Below, piece after piece: positions 44,722 through 56,459 of a DNA stretch of 64,000 nucleotides. Numbering within the stretch: position 1 is the first letter of the stretch; each line of letters begins with the position of its first letter. Under the pieces are notes generated by a model. That model did not search any database, was not told the origin of the DNA, and was given only the letters and a program-made list of their open reading frames with translations. The position numbers and the translations under genes were made by a program. Origin of the DNA: a virus; the IMG/VR virus record IMGVR_UViG_3300032753_000003, positions 135,866 to 199,865 of that record. One strand, given 5' to 3'.

Positions 44722-47322
44722 ATGTCATCTGCACAGTGGGTAACACTTTCAAATCTTGGTAGTTATCAAGATAACTATGATTTTAACATCTATCCTATTG
44801 TAATAGAATTTGAATCTGACGCAGGTAGTACAGTTTCAACTCTAAACGGAAGTTTACCTTTTGGTCTTAGATATTCTAGATCAGGTAATACTTTATCTAT
44901 TCTTGGAGAAAGTACAGGAGTTTCTGTATCTACAACGTCTGAAATAACTTTTAGGGTCAAAGATCTAGATGGTACTATAGCTGATAGAACCTATTCTATA
45001 ACAATTAATCCGTATGTTATATTGCCAACATGGATCTCTCAAGAACCTTTCTTGGGATATATGACTGCAAATACCACTGCACAATTTACAGTTAGAGCTT
45101 TAACTACGGCAAATACACGGAAACATATAGAATATAGGTTAGTTAGAGCACCGGGTTATCTTTTACCAACTGGTATTGTTATTGATTCTAAATCAGGTGT
45201 TATCACTTTTAAACACACTGCACCTAATCCAATACCAATTGCATACGAAGAAACCTATACATTTGTAGTTAGAGCTATACTTGGTTCTGTTTTTGAAGAC
45301 ATTACATGTAACTTAACTGTGATAGGTACAGATCATGTACCTGGATGGTTAACGGAATCCGGATCTCTCGGAAGTTATATAGTCGGATATACAGTTGAAG
45401 TAGGTCTATCAGTTTATGAGCCAAATGGTAATACCGTAACCTTTTCATTGATAAACTCATCACCTACATTCCCGTTTACATTGACCAGTACTGGTTTCAT
45501 ATACGGAAAAGCGCCGTTTACTAGCAACGAAACTACATATAATTTCACTATTGGTGCTACAAGTAATGTTGGTACATCTACTCGTAATTTTAGCATAGTT
45601 TCTTATCAATCTGCTACCAGTGGTCTATTACAGTGGACCAGTAATGTTACAAATCTTGGTTCATTTGTAGATGGTAGATTTGTTAGCATAAATGTTGGTG
45701 CAGCAAGTCTGCGTAATAATACAGTAGTGCATTCTTTTGTAGGAGGAACATTACCTCCAAGTTTAGTGCTCAATAGTACTCAAGGGTATATAGCAGGTTA
45801 TATAGAATTTCATCCGCAGCCTAGAGATTATAGATTTGAAATAAAAGCAGACGACGGTTATCAAACATTGACAAGACAATATCATATTAGCATTGCAAAA
45901 GGTGCTAAGAGTATGTATTTTGATGTTGCTATACCAATAGAAGGTGATATCAAAAAATCAGCTATTGATACTAGAAGCGAGTTAATCCCTCAACCGTATT
46001 TGTATCCATTTGCTGGTACTCAACCTCAATCTATTCCTTCTAGCATGCTACTAATATCTGGGTTAAATTATCAAATAGATGATCCGTTTATGGCAATATC
46101 AGTAGCTAACGCACAATTAAACAGCACTACACTTTTAATTGGCGATATTGGAAATGACAATGTTGGTACATCTTCATATACAATCTTTTATAAGAATATC
46201 ATTGATCCTCAGGCAAATGCATCATTTACTTCTTCTAGGGTAGTTGGCAATTTGACATCTAGTTCTACATTATTAGATTTTAATCCAACTAGTTTGGATA
46301 ATATGAGAACAGCTATTGCAAATGGTCAAGGATTTATCAATAGTGGGTTAGGTAGTGGAGCAATTCTTCTTCCAATTGTTGATGTAGAAACAACTAGTAT
46401 TTCTAACGTACTGATAGTTAATTCTGGATCAGGGTTTTATTTCTCACCTAAGATAACTATAACAGGATCAGGCAACGGTGCATTATTAGGTAGCACACTT
46501 TCTGTACAATCAGTAACTGTAACTAATTCTGGATCAGGATGGATTCAAGATACTCAATTTAATGTTAGAATAGACAGCGGTAATGTTGTTGTTTTATCTG
46601 CATCTGTTGTTAGTGAGAATGGAGGACTTGAATCAGTATCTGTTATAGATGGAGGAGAATTTTATATTTTTCCTCAAGGCAGCAAATTTGTAACTGATGG
46701 AAATTTAGCAACTGCAGAAGTTACTTTTGATCTTGGTATATCAAATGTTACTGTATTAAATTCTGGGTCTGGATATATTTCTGGTCAAACAACGCTTTCA
46801 ACCTTAGGCACAGAAGCACTACCGGCATGGCAAACAGAGTGGATGCCATATATTGAAATAGGTACTGTATTTTCCCAGTATGTATCACAGATACAATATA
46901 AAATTACTCCTGCAATTGAATCTATTATGAGTTCATATGATTGGCCTATAAAGCATATATCAGTAATAGCTAAAGGTAGGTCGTGGACAGGAAATACCAT
47001 GTTTGACCAAGACTTATTAAGTCTCGATGGCGGACAAACTAGATTTGTAGAATGGTTAGAACCAACTGATACTATTTTTGATGAAGACAATACTACATTT
47101 GATATAGATGGTACAGTATTTGATTATAACGATAATGCAGGTTACGGATCACAAGCTTGGGCAGTTTGGAACAATACATTACTAGAGCCAACAACAAGTA
47201 TATTTGATATATACGGTCTATTAATTGAAAATATAGATCCTACTGTAGCCAGCGTTACAACTGTTAGCAAAGTTTATAGATTGTTGAGCCAAAGCGAAGG
47301 AGACTATAACCAACGATTTTAA
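44722..47322 (+). CDS. Baseplate wedge-like structural protein with Ig-like repeats
   Basis: Repeated W.T..G.LG / G.LP.GL.L motifs; GSGY beta-repeats; acidic T.FD C-terminus. Confidence 0.7.
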   Translation: MSSAQWVTLSNLGSYQDNYDFNIYPIVIEFESDAGSTVSTLNGSLPFGLRYSRSGNTLSILGESTGVSVSTTSEITFRVKDLDGTIADRTYSITINPYVILPTWISQEPFLGYMTANTTAQFTVRALTTANTRKHIEYRLVRAPGYLLPTGIVIDSKSGVITFKHTAPNPIPIAYEETYTFVVRAILGSVFEDITCNLTVIGTDHVPGWLTESGSLGSYIVGYTVEVGLSVYEPNGNTVTFSLINSSPTFPFTLTSTGFIYGKAPFTSNETTYNFTIGATSNVGTSTRNFSIVSYQSATSGLLQWTSNVTNLGSFVDGRFVSINVGAASLRNNTVVHSFVGGTLPPSLVLNSTQGYIAGYIEFHPQPRDYRFEIKADDGYQTLTRQYHISIAKGAKSMYFDVAIPIEGDIKKSAIDTRSELIPQPYLYPFAGTQPQSIPSSMLLISGLNYQIDDPFMAISVANAQLNSTTLLIGDIGNDNVGTSSYTIFYKNIIDPQANASFTSSRVVGNLTSSSTLLDFNPTSLDNMRTAIANGQGFINSGLGSGAILLPIVDVETTSISNVLIVNSGSGFYFSPKITITGSGNGALLGSTLSVQSVTVTNSGSGWIQDTQFNVRIDSGNVVVLSASVVSENGGLESVSVIDGGEFYIFPQGSKFVTDGNLATAEVTFDLGISNVTVLNSGSGYISGQTTLSTLGTEALPAWQTEWMPYIEIGTVFSQYVSQIQYKITPAIESIMSSYDWPIKHISVIAKGRSWTGNTMFDQDLLSLDGGQTRFVEWLEPTDTIFDEDNTTFDIDGTVFDYNDNAGYGSQAWAVWNNTLLEPTTSIFDIYGLLIENIDPTVASVTTVSKVYRLLSQSEGDYNQRF

Positions 47323-47367
47323 CTATTGTTGAATAATAAATAGTAAACTTACTGAGGTTTTTATCAT

Positions 47368-50300
47368 ATGGCTGTTCAAAACAAACATCAAAACTCATCT
47401 ACTATTGACACTAGCAATTTTAATGTCAAATTCCCTGTTCAGGGAGTAACGACTATTATGAGGAGTAATTTTCAAGAAACTCAAAATAATCTAGACAATG
47501 CTAAGAGTGATATAGATGATTTGTACTATAAAGTAAGTGACCTAAATAATAAAGTAACGGCTGCAGCAGGCAATGTCATATGGGACACTAGAACTTATGC
47601 GGGATCAGAAATAATACCTCCTACAGATGTAGTTTCTCCTCAGGTCTATCCAGTTACTAATCAAAATTGGGATTCATTTTTAAATACCTATGGCGTTTGG
47701 ATAGATGATGATCTTGATTCTGATCAGATAAATGTTAATTATACCATATATAGAAATTTTGATTCTCCTTCTACAGGACCTTACATCTTCTCAGTTGAAG
47801 CCGATAATCAATTGTCAGTGTATCTAGATGGAAATTTAGTAATAGAAACGACTAGTTTTTCACAGACTACAACAGCAGTTGTATATGTAACCAGCGGCAA
47901 TCATATACTCACGTTTAACGCTGAGAAAAATACCAGCAGTCTTTCATCAGATTCAACTAGATCTGCAGGGTGGGCATTAACTATTAGTTCTTCTAACACT
48001 GGATTAACAGGCCCAACTGGTGCATTTGGTGGGCCAACTGGTGCAATGGGACCAACAGGAGCAGATAGTACAGTAACAGGTCCAACTGGTTATACAGGTC
48101 CCACTGGACCTGCAGGTCCTCAGGGAGCGTCATCTGTTGGTGGGTCATACATTTATCAACAGAGTTCACCTGCTGTTCAATGGACAGTTCAACATAATCT
48201 AGGCGAACAGTATGTAAATGTTGAAGTGATAAATCAAAGTAATATAAGTTTAAGCGGCACATATGATTATCCTGTTATAAGTTTTGTAGACAGCAACAAT
48301 CTAATATTAACCTTCACTAGTCCCATAGCCGGACATGCAGCCGTAACATCGGGTGGAGGGCAAGTTGGTCCTACCGGAACAACAGGCAATACAGGCCCAA
48401 CTGGTCCTCTTGGTCCAACTGGTCCAGAAAATGGTCCTACAGGTCCAACTGGTATGACAGGTTATACTGGACCAACAGGTCCTCAAGGTATTCCGGGTAC
48501 AGCCGCAGCACAGGGTGATACAGGTCCAACTGGTGCAAGCGGTGTTGGTCCAACAGGTCCCACGGGTACTATTACTCGTAGCGGATTAACGGGTCCAACT
48601 GATTCAGTAGGAGCCGATGGCGATTTATATATCGATACAAGTGTGGGATATATATTCCAAAGAATAAGCGGATCATATGTTAAACAAGGTAGCTTGTTAG
48701 GACCAACGGGTCCTCAAGGCATCATTGGTCTTCAAGGTTATACAGGACCAACAGGTCCTGCTAGCCAGCTAACAGGTCCAACAGGGCCATTAGGTGGCCC
48801 AACTGGACCAACAGGTCCAAATAGCATAATAACTGGTCCAACTGGTGCAAGCGGTGTTGGACCAACAGGCTATACTGGTCCAACTGGAGCAACTGGTGCA
48901 CCGAGCAACATTACAGGTCCAACTGGTAGAGCTGGTTTAGTTGGACAAACAGGAGCAACCGGTGCAACTGGTGCAACAGGTATACCAGGTTCTGCTACCA
49001 ATACGGGTGCTACTGGTCCAACCGGTGCAGCTAGTACAGTCACAGGACCAACTGGATATACAGGACCAACTGGATATACAGGACCGACTGGTCTTGTTGG
49101 AGTAACAGGTCCCACAGGGTTAACAGGTGCTACAGGACCAGGTAGTTTGATTCCCGGTCCTACTGGCCCTCAAGGCCTGCGCGGTGCAACAGGTTCACAA
49201 GGTATTCAGGGAATACAAGGTCCAAGAGGTTTTACTGGACCTCAAGGTTTTAGCGTAACTGGGCCAATAGGTCCACAAGGAACTCAAGGACCAACTGGGC
49301 CAACTGGTATTAGTATAACAGGTCCTACTGGACCAAAAGGTGGACCAACTGGACCATATGGGCCAACTGGTCCTCAGGGAAACGCTGGCACTACAGGGCC
49401 AACTGGTGCGACAGGACCAACTAGCACAATACCAGGGCCAACAGGTCCTGCAGGTGCATTTGGCGGGCCAACTGGACCATACGGATCAACAGGGGATACT
49501 GGTTCTACTGGTGCAACTGGTAGTACTGGTCCAACTGGCCCTAGTGGCGCTGACAGTACAGTTACAGGTCCTACTGGCCCAAGTGGAGTAGGACCTACTG
49601 GACCTAGTGGTCCTACTGGTTCAGTAGGAACTCAAGGACCAACTGGCCGCACAGGTCCTATTGGATTAACCGGTTCAACTGGTCCAACTGGCCCACAGAG
49701 TAATATTACTGGACCACAAGGTAGGACAGGACCAACGGGTGCTGATAGCACAATTACAGGTCCAACAGGGCCAAGTGGAGGACCAATAGGACCAACAGGT
49801 CCAACAGGTCCACTAGGCGGGCCAAGCGGACCAACAGGACCAACCGGTGTTACGGGTCCATTTGGTCCCCCAGGTGCACCAAGTTTAATTACTGGCCCAA
49901 CAGGTTATACCGGTCCAACCGGTGCAAATAGCACAGTTACAGGTCCAACAGGTTATACCGGTCCAACCGGTGCAGCAAGTATTGTAACAGGACCAACAGG
50001 TTCAGATAGTACAGTAACAGGTCCAACTGGATATACAGGACCAGCTGGGTATACAGGCTCAACAGGACCAACTGGTCCTAATACGCTAGCAGGCGACACT
50101 GATGTTTTGATTAACTCACCGAGCGACGGTCAGTTACTTAGATATAACGCCACAGCTAGCGTTTGGGAAAATTGGTCATCTATCAATCCTCCGTCTACTG
50201 CCTTGTTTAATACAATAGCCGGAGCCAGCGGTGTCACATTTTCAACAGTTTACGATGCTAACAAAGGTCTTAGCGTTAGACGCACTGATACACAGGTCAG

Positions 50301-50775
50301 CGGCGATACTGCAGGATTTATTGGTACTGCTGTACCTCTTACTACACCATGGACTGTGCGTATGCGTATTGAGCATCATAACCTTGATGTAATATGGGGC
50401 AAAGTGGGAATTGCATTGTTAGATAGTACGGAAACTAATCTCATAGCTTTTGGAACAAATGAACAAAGTGGCAATCCAGGACTAAATTGTTTCTATATGA
50501 ATGGATTAAATACTATTACATCACTCATTAAGACTCAAAATTTTGGAACTGTTGGATCACAATGGCCAGAATGGTTCAAGATAGCCTTTGACGGAACAAC
50601 ATATACTTTCTATTTCTCATGGGATGATAATGACTATATAGAGTTTACCACAGCAACAGCTAATAGTTATTTTACAGCATCTTATATAGGGGTAGCATTG
50701 GAGTTGTATGGTAGCTACAATCCATCTAGCTTCCAGTTCCTTTCTGCAACTGTGACTGATTTTATAGTAGGTTAA
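47368..50775 (+). CDS. Collagen-like tail fibre with lectin-like domains
   Basis: About 700 aa of GPT triplets; N-terminal [15 protein letters not shown] sugar-binding-like motif; C-terminal beta-sandwich; ATAAATA upstream. Confidence 0.85.
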   Translation: MAVQNKHQNSSTIDTSNFNVKFPVQGVTTIMRSNFQETQNNLDNAKSDIDDLYYKVSDLNNKVTAAAGNVIWDTRTYAGSEIIPPTDVVSPQVYPVTNQNWDSFLNTYGVWIDDDLDSDQINVNYTIYRNFDSPSTGPYIFSVEADNQLSVYLDGNLVIETTSFSQTTTAVVYVTSGNHILTFNAEKNTSSLSSDSTRSAGWALTISSSNTGLTGPTGAFGGPTGAMGPTGADSTVTGPTGYTGPTGPAGPQGASSVGGSYIYQQSSPAVQWTVQHNLGEQYVNVEVINQSNISLSGTYDYPVISFVDSNNLILTFTSPIAGHAAVTSGGGQVGPTGTTGNTGPTGPLGPTGPENGPTGPTGMTGYTGPTGPQGIPGTAAAQGDTGPTGASGVGPTGPTGTITRSGLTGPTDSVGADGDLYIDTSVGYIFQRISGSYVKQGSLLGPTGPQGIIGLQGYTGPTGPASQLTGPTGPLGGPTGPTGPNSIITGPTGASGVGPTGYTGPTGATGAPSNITGPTGRAGLVGQTGATGATGATGIPGSATNTGATGPTGAASTVTGPTGYTGPTGYTGPTGLVGVTGPTGLTGATGPGSLIPGPTGPQGLRGATGSQGIQGIQGPRGFTGPQGFSVTGPIGPQGTQGPTGPTGISITGPTGPKGGPTGPYGPTGPQGNAGTTGPTGATGPTSTIPGPTGPAGAFGGPTGPYGSTGDTGSTGATGSTGPTGPSGADSTVTGPTGPSGVGPTGPSGPTGSVGTQGPTGRTGPIGLTGSTGPTGPQSNITGPQGRTGPTGADSTITGPTGPSGGPIGPTGPTGPLGGPSGPTGPTGVTGPFGPPGAPSLITGPTGYTGPTGANSTVTGPTGYTGPTGAASIVTGPTGSDSTVTGPTGYTGPAGYTGSTGPTGPNTLAGDTDVLINSPSDGQLLRYNATASVWENWSSINPPSTALFNTIAGASGVTFSTVYDANKGLSVRRTDTQVSGDTAGFIGTAVPLTTPWTVRMRIEHHNLDVIWGKVGIALLDSTETNLIAFGTNEQSGNPGLNCFYMNGLNTITSLIKTQNFGTVGSQWPEWFKIAFDGTTYTFYFSWDDNDYIEFTTATANSYFTASYIGVALELYGSYNPSSFQFLSATVTDFIVG

Positions 50776-50870
50776 GATTTGATTAATGTAAAGACGAGGA
50801 TTTATCAAACTAGCAGTAGCGGAGAAATTAATATTAATTTGGTAAATATACGGCATCAAGAGGATCGTAT

Positions 50871-51713
50871 ATGACAACTTTTTATTCACTTACGGTATCA
50901 TACGGATATGCCGGCTATGGTAACGTTGCTATAAACAGCAATTATGAAGCAGTAACTATCAACAGCATTGGGTCATATCCGTTACAATTTCAAATGGACA
51001 ATAACCCTGTTGTTGGAATAGGTCCATCTGGTGTAGCTATAGGATATAATACTAATCCTGCAACTAGACAGTTGGATGTTGCATCATATCAACCAGATGT
51101 TGCTAGGTTTTACGGTGGATTGAATTATACAGATAATGGAGTTCGATTAACTACAGATCAATCCAATAGCAGCATTGGGCTTATATTAGAACAACGATCT
51201 GCTGATAGTGCAGGCGGTATAAGAATTGACAATGCTGGTAACGTCAGTATACATGCTGGGGAAAGTATGGATGCACAGCTTAGTACCAGTACCGCAAGAA
51301 TAGTTGTATTACCAACCGGTCGAATTGGTATGAATACAGAAACACCTCAAAACATGCTACATGTTGTTGGTGGTATAAGAACTACTGCGTACAGTGATAT
51401 AGATCCGTTTGCTAACACAATACCAACTGTCAATATAGATGTTGTTCTAGACACATGGTTAAATATACAATATAGAACAGCAAAATATATAGTACAAATA
51501 ACTGATCCTGTTTCAGGCAATATTGATATCAGTGAAGTTTTACTTGCACATTCAAACGGTGTTGGGCATTTTACAGTATATAATAATGTCAATAGCAACG
51601 GATCTCTAGGTACCATAGGATATAATATAAACGGTGATCTAGTGAATTTAACCTTGAATAATAATATTGCTGGTGTAATAGTTAAGGTATCTGTGTTTTA
51701 TATAACCATTTGA
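50871..51713 (+). CDS. Tail fibre-related structural protein
   Basis: G.IG.NT.TP...LHV.G motif; YRTAKY.VQI C-terminal domain. Confidence 0.7.
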   Translation: MTTFYSLTVSYGYAGYGNVAINSNYEAVTINSIGSYPLQFQMDNNPVVGIGPSGVAIGYNTNPATRQLDVASYQPDVARFYGGLNYTDNGVRLTTDQSNSSIGLILEQRSADSAGGIRIDNAGNVSIHAGESMDAQLSTSTARIVVLPTGRIGMNTETPQNMLHVVGGIRTTAYSDIDPFANTIPTVNIDVVLDTWLNIQYRTAKYIVQITDPVSGNIDISEVLLAHSNGVGHFTVYNNVNSNGSLGTIGYNINGDLVNLTLNNNIAGVIVKVSVFYITI

Positions 51714-51749
51714 TCAAATGCTAAATATTGCAAATATACGAGGAAACAT

Positions 51750-52079
51750 ATGTCGACTACAGTGCCAAGCATATTAGGGCAAAACAAACCAAACCCAAAC
51801 GTAGATACCAATCTGTTTACTGTCGCAACCGGCACGCAGGTACAATTTAGCATATTTGTATGCAATCAATCTAATTCAGTTGATAACTTTACTATAGCGC
51901 TAGTACCAAATGGCGGCATAGAAGGCTCTGAAAGTTTTATAGCTTATAACACTCCTTTAACTGCTAACGGTGTTTTTTCAGCTAGCGGGTTATATCTGAA
52001 CTCTGGAGATCAAGTAAGAGTATTGAGCGTAGGCGGTAACATGAGCTTTACTGCTACTGGCATGATCATCTCAAATTGA
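51750..52079 (+). CDS. Small virion structural protein
   Basis: Beta-rich, late promoter TAAATA and GAGG SD. Confidence 0.65.
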   Translation: MSTTVPSILGQNKPNPNVDTNLFTVATGTQVQFSIFVCNQSNSVDNFTIALVPNGGIEGSESFIAYNTPLTANGVFSASGLYLNSGDQVRVLSVGGNMSFTATGMIISN

Positions 52080-52147
52080 ATGAAGTTTTAGACCATTTTA
52101 CCCAGCAACTAGTACCTCCTTAAGTAAATATTGTAGAGAGAGGGCAA

Positions 52148-52414
52148 ATGTTGGGTAATATCATTAAGTTTCCAAATGCACGCAAGCGCAGAAAACGGCT
52201 TGATGATGTGTTGGTAGACCGCTTAACAGACAGCCATAATCACGTTGACATAGGGCACGTATCCTTTACATGCGCAGATTGCCATACAGAATCTGCATTT
52301 GATTTTACAGGATTGGTATTTAAGAATGTGTCGTTCTATTGCAGTAATTGCGGGCACGGATACAAAGTATCAAATCCGATGTTTGCCGGCGAAGCTCAAA
52401 CTAAGAGCAAATGA
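52148..52414 (+). CDS. Zn-ribbon protein
   Basis: CADC...CSNC. Confidence 0.65.
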   Translation: MLGNIIKFPNARKRRKRLDDVLVDRLTDSHNHVDIGHVSFTCADCHTESAFDFTGLVFKNVSFYCSNCGHGYKVSNPMFAGEAQTKSK

Positions 52415-52451
52415 GGTTGCTCTAAACTAATATCGTAAGGTATAATCAGAT

Positions 52452-52700
52452 ATGAATAATCATCCTCTTAGCGATGACCTAACTAAACTGGGTTCAGACG
52501 ATTTAGACAAACGATATGTTGAATTAGTCAAGAGGTTCAATATAGCTAGACGTATGAACATGTCGCAAGATGTTATATATCAAATAGATTTAATGCTCGA
52601 AGGCATTGAATTTGAAAAAATGAGAAGACTTAGTACTCTAGATCAAAACGATAATCCAGTAGTACTAGACACAGATTGGGAAACTAAGGAAAAGAAGTAA
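52452..52700 (+). CDS. Hypothetical protein
   Basis: 82 aa. Confidence 0.65.
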   Translation: MNNHPLSDDLTKLGSDDLDKRYVELVKRFNIARRMNMSQDVIYQIDLMLEGIEFEKMRRLSTLDQNDNPVVLDTDWETKEKK

Positions 52701-52701
52701 T

Positions 52702-53379
52702 ATGGCTAAGCAGCGCAAACTCAAAGCAGGTCATATAGGCAACATATTTAGAGCTGAATTTAACATTATACGCCTGATGGACAATCGTCTAATATCCAGT
52801 ACGATAGAATTCTCAGCTGAATTGGTTGTATCTGATTCAGCCGAAGCAAATGATCAAATAAAAGCACTTGGTAGCATGAGAAGGTGGATAGACGGTGTAG
52901 TTTCTGGTTCGGTAGCATTCTGCCCTAGTTCAGACGATCCGCCACCTTCGCTGCAAACACTTCAAAATAATTTTATGTTCACTCCAGATGAACCTTATGA
53001 TCATCTACTTATGGTGCTAATTTGTGCTAAACTTAATGCTATCGGGGCTGGTATTGTGCAAGTGAATCATTGCCAACTGATCAGTGATCTAGGAGATGGA
53101 TTTGGCAATTGGTTTGAAGGCAATACAGATGATGCCCTACCTACTCTTGGTGAATGGTTAGGAGATCGTACTTACTTTGATAAACCATGGTGGAACAGAC
53201 CAGATGGTAGTATGATAGATATTTGGGCAGGTCCAGAAGATGACATCAAGAAAAAACCAGATATATTATTGAATCTCTGGCCAGAAGATCTAGAAGATTA
53301 TCAGATAACTGATCATCAGACGGAGCCTGCTGAAATCATCAAGCATAATTTTAAACCAACTATAATCAAAGACGAATAA
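52702..53379 (+). CDS. Hypothetical protein
   Basis: 225 aa. Confidence 0.7.
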   Translation: MAKQRKLKAGHIGNIFRAEFNIIRLMDNRLISSTIEFSAELVVSDSAEANDQIKALGSMRRWIDGVVSGSVAFCPSSDDPPPSLQTLQNNFMFTPDEPYDHLLMVLICAKLNAIGAGIVQVNHCQLISDLGDGFGNWFEGNTDDALPTLGEWLGDRTYFDKPWWNRPDGSMIDIWAGPEDDIKKKPDILLNLWPEDLEDYQITDHQTEPAEIIKHNFKPTIIKDE

Positions 53380-53405
53380 TCCTAATACGTTGAAAGCAAT
53401 ATGTT

Positions 53406-54500
53406 ATGAATTGGACAGAACAACAATCTGCAGCCTTGTTAGCTGTAGAAGCTTGGTATCACTCTAAAAATCGCAAACAGGTTTTTAGAGTATTTGGTTA
53501 TGCCGGTGTAGGTAAGACCAGCTTGGCTAAACATTTTGCCAAATCTATACACGGGAATGTACTGTTTGCAGCCTACACTGGTAAAGCTGCACTCATGATG
53601 CGCAACAATGGTTGTGAGGATGCAAGTACTATACACAGTTTGATATACAGAGCTGAAGAAGATTCAAAAGGTAACATAACGTTTAGGTTAAATTTCACTA
53701 GTCCTCTTAAGACAGCAGCATTGTTGATAATAGATGAATGTTCAATGGTTGATGATGCTCTTGCTAAAGATATATTGAGATTTGGCGTTCCTGTATTGGT
53801 AATTGGTGATCCGGCACAGTTGCCCCCAGTATCAGGTGCTGGCTATTTTACCGATGCTGAACCAGATGTAATGCTGACAGAAATACACCGTCAGGCCAAA
53901 GACAATCCAATAATATATCTTGCCACGCAAGTAAGAGAAGGTTCTACTCTATCACCTGGCAAATACGGTGATAGCATTATTGCAAGCAATATAGAATCTA
54001 CAAATGAACTCATAGAGTATGATCAAGTTATAGTTGGACGCAACACAACTAGAAACATGCTCAACAAGACCATACGCAGCATGATAGGATTTGAAAGTAC
54101 TCTACCAATGCAGCATGATAGATTGATTTGTCTAAAGAATGATCACAAATTGGGAATCCTTAATGGTGAGATGTTTAGTGTATTAGAAACAATACCAAAC
54201 AAGATTAATGCCAATTACACTAGGTATGATCTAATTGATGTTGATACATCTGATAAATCAGTTATATGTAAAGTGCATAATTCGTTCTTTGATGGATCTG
54301 CTAATCCAGGATGGCAGTTACTAAAAGGCACACAGGAATTTGATTACGGCTATGCTATAACTGCTCACAAAGCACAAGGTAGTCAGTGGAATGATGTATT
54401 GATATTTGATGAAAGTTGGTGTTTTAGAGAAGATAGCAAACGATGGTTGTATACTGCTATCACTAGAGCACAAAATAAGATATTGATGTATCAAACTTGA
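53406..54500 (+). CDS. Dda/RecD-like SF1B DNA helicase
   Basis: GYAGVGKT, STIHSLIY, IIDECSM, IGDPAQLPPV, LTEIHRQ, YAITAHKAQGSQW, LYTAITRA. Confidence 0.92.
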   Translation: MNWTEQQSAALLAVEAWYHSKNRKQVFRVFGYAGVGKTSLAKHFAKSIHGNVLFAAYTGKAALMMRNNGCEDASTIHSLIYRAEEDSKGNITFRLNFTSPLKTAALLIIDECSMVDDALAKDILRFGVPVLVIGDPAQLPPVSGAGYFTDAEPDVMLTEIHRQAKDNPIIYLATQVREGSTLSPGKYGDSIIASNIESTNELIEYDQVIVGRNTTRNMLNKTIRSMIGFESTLPMQHDRLICLKNDHKLGILNGEMFSVLETIPNKINANYTRYDLIDVDTSDKSVICKVHNSFFDGSANPGWQLLKGTQEFDYGYAITAHKAQGSQWNDVLIFDESWCFREDSKRWLYTAITRAQNKILMYQT

Positions 54501-54512
54501 TAAGGTACAGTT

Positions 54513-55034
54513 ATGATTGATCTTGGTAACAGACACATATTAGATGATGGTACTGTGATATGCTCAGAATCTGCAGCAGTTGATATATTGTATCAAGGAA
54601 GAGATTTGTCTGATGTTGTACTTGATGATGAGCAAATAACAACAGCTTTTAACAAAGCAAATGATATGCTCGATCAAGGATTTGAAAAATTAATTAGTTC
54701 CGATCGAGGTATATTTAATGAGTGTGATTGGTATTCAGCTTGGTTAACCCCAGAACCTTGGGTTAATATTGATGTAGAGGCATATTGCCTCAAGAAGTGT
54801 GATACTGATCAACAACGAGATCGAGTAAGATATGAGATGGTATTATTTGCTGATCGCAAGATGATACCAGTTTTAAGACATCTTATTTGGATGGTTGATT
54901 ATTTGAGAGATAGAAAGATATTTTGGGGGGTTGGCAGAGGAAGTTCGGTGAGCAGTTATATATTATATCTAATAGGCATTAACAGAATAGACCCTTTAAA
55001 GTTTGATCTTGATGTAAAGGAATTCTTAAAGTGA
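54513..55034 (+). CDS. Stand-alone DNA polymerase III alpha (DnaE) fragment
   Basis: RVRYEM..F...WGVGRGSSVSSYILYLIGINRIDPLKFDL. Confidence 0.85.
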   Translation: MIDLGNRHILDDGTVICSESAAVDILYQGRDLSDVVLDDEQITTAFNKANDMLDQGFEKLISSDRGIFNECDWYSAWLTPEPWVNIDVEAYCLKKCDTDQQRDRVRYEMVLFADRKMIPVLRHLIWMVDYLRDRKIFWGVGRGSSVSSYILYLIGINRIDPLKFDLDVKEFLK

Positions 55035-55100
55035 TTTAACTTAACATATAAACTGCATTTATAAATAGTCATATAATACGCATAAAAGGAGAATTTAAAT

Positions 55101-55463
55101 ATGGCATCGAGACATTTGACAGCTAAAGGAAATCATATAGATATGGACAAGCTAAGAGCTATTCATGCTACTAAGCCTGCTCTAGGCAATGCAAATAAAA
55201 ATGCAAGAGGAGATATGTTGGGACCTGGTGGAAAGATATTAAAAACACAGGAGCAGATTCAAGCTGAAATGGCAGCAGCAAAGAATGCAAGGACGGCTAG
55301 CGTTAGATCTGTAGATATCAAAGGACCTTCATTGATACCTGATAGCACACCAGTTGCTGTGCTACCAAAAGAAGAATTAGATTTTAATAATAAGGAGTTT
55401 GATTCTGTACCTCCAGTTGAGAAGCCAGTTTCTCGTAGAAAGATAATAGAGACAAACGAATGA
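55101..55463 (+). CDS. Hypothetical late protein
   Basis: TATAAATA upstream, AAGGAG SD. Confidence 0.7.
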   Translation: MASRHLTAKGNHIDMDKLRAIHATKPALGNANKNARGDMLGPGGKILKTQEQIQAEMAAAKNARTASVRSVDIKGPSLIPDSTPVAVLPKEELDFNNKEFDSVPPVEKPVSRRKIIETNE

Positions 55464-55789
55464 CGAAAATAGAAATCAATGAAATACGTGCTCTCAAAGG
55501 CAAGGTTTTGGTGCACAACATTGAGCAGGGTGAAAGACGTACAAAAAACGGCATAATCCTGTTAGATGACAACGGCAAGGAACGCGGTATACGAGAGCGT
55601 TGGGCTCAAGTGTACGCACTTGGACCAGATGTTGATGACCTTAGCACGGGGCAGTGGGTGCTGATCAAGCATGGCCGCTGGAGCCGTGGGATTGATATTA
55701 AAGACAGTCAGATTGAAACTACTATTAGACAAGTTGATTATCCAGATGCAATACTTCTGGTTAGCGACGAATGTCCAATAGAAATATAA
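55460..55789 (+). CDS. groES: GroES-like co-chaperonin
   Basis: IRALKGKVLV...RTKNGIIL...VYALGP...GQWVLI. Confidence 0.85.
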   Translation: MTKIEINEIRALKGKVLVHNIEQGERRTKNGIILLDDNGKERGIRERWAQVYALGPDVDDLSTGQWVLIKHGRWSRGIDIKDSQIETTIRQVDYPDAILLVSDECPIEI

Positions 55790-55808
55790 TACACTCGAAA
55801 GGATACAC

Positions 55809-56396
55809 ATGACAGACACAAGCATGATAGATAACACAACTACTCCAATTACAGATACACCAGCAACTGTTGATGTATCAACAACTACTGATGTAGCAAC
55901 AACTCCCTCGACATCAGAAACTGATGTTGTTTCAACTACAACGACTGTAGACGGCGGTAGCACTCTAATTGACGGCGTAACTCTAGCAGCAGTTCCTGCA
56001 GCTATGATGAATGGAACATTGACATCTGCTGATAGCAGCTTTGTTTCACTTAAGGCACAGCTAGATGCTGATATTCTTGCTGCTCAGAGTAGAGCTAAAA
56101 CTACTGCTACACTAGTCGTTGCAACTGCAAAAGCTGCAATAGCCGATGTAGAAGCATGGATTGGATCTGCACCAGGCCAGATGTTGGTAGTACCTCCAAC
56201 TCAGCAAGCTTCAACCTTTACAAGCGAAGTAAGCTCAATTGGAAATACTCTACTCAATGATTCAAAGTCAGTTAGTACATCATTAGCTAACGATTGGACA
56301 GCATTGAGCACAGGTGCAAAGAATGAGCTAAACGTTCTAGAATCTGATGCCAAGTCAGTTTGGAACAAGGTAGCTTCCTGGTGGAAGAACCTTTAA
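55809..56396 (+). CDS. Thr/Ser/Ala-rich hypothetical protein
   Basis: AAGGA SD; ends NKVASWWKNL. Confidence 0.65.
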   Translation: MTDTSMIDNTTTPITDTPATVDVSTTTDVATTPSTSETDVVSTTTTVDGGSTLIDGVTLAAVPAAMMNGTLTSADSSFVSLKAQLDADILAAQSRAKTTATLVVATAKAAIADVEAWIGSAPGQMLVVPPTQQASTFTSEVSSIGNTLLNDSKSVSTSLANDWTALSTGAKNELNVLESDAKSVWNKVASWWKNL

Positions 56397-56459
56397 TAGC
56401 ATTGACCAATACAGCATGATAAGCTATACTTTAGGTGTAGCATATCATGAGGTTGGTAG

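Noticed and set aside
47990..50090. Highly repetitive GGACCAACAGGT-type DNA as a CRISPR array or satellite
   Set aside because: The repeats are degenerate 9-nt codon triplets encoding Gly-Pro-Thr collagen inside a long ORF, with no fixed repeat and unique spacer pattern. The same applies to 13900-14950.
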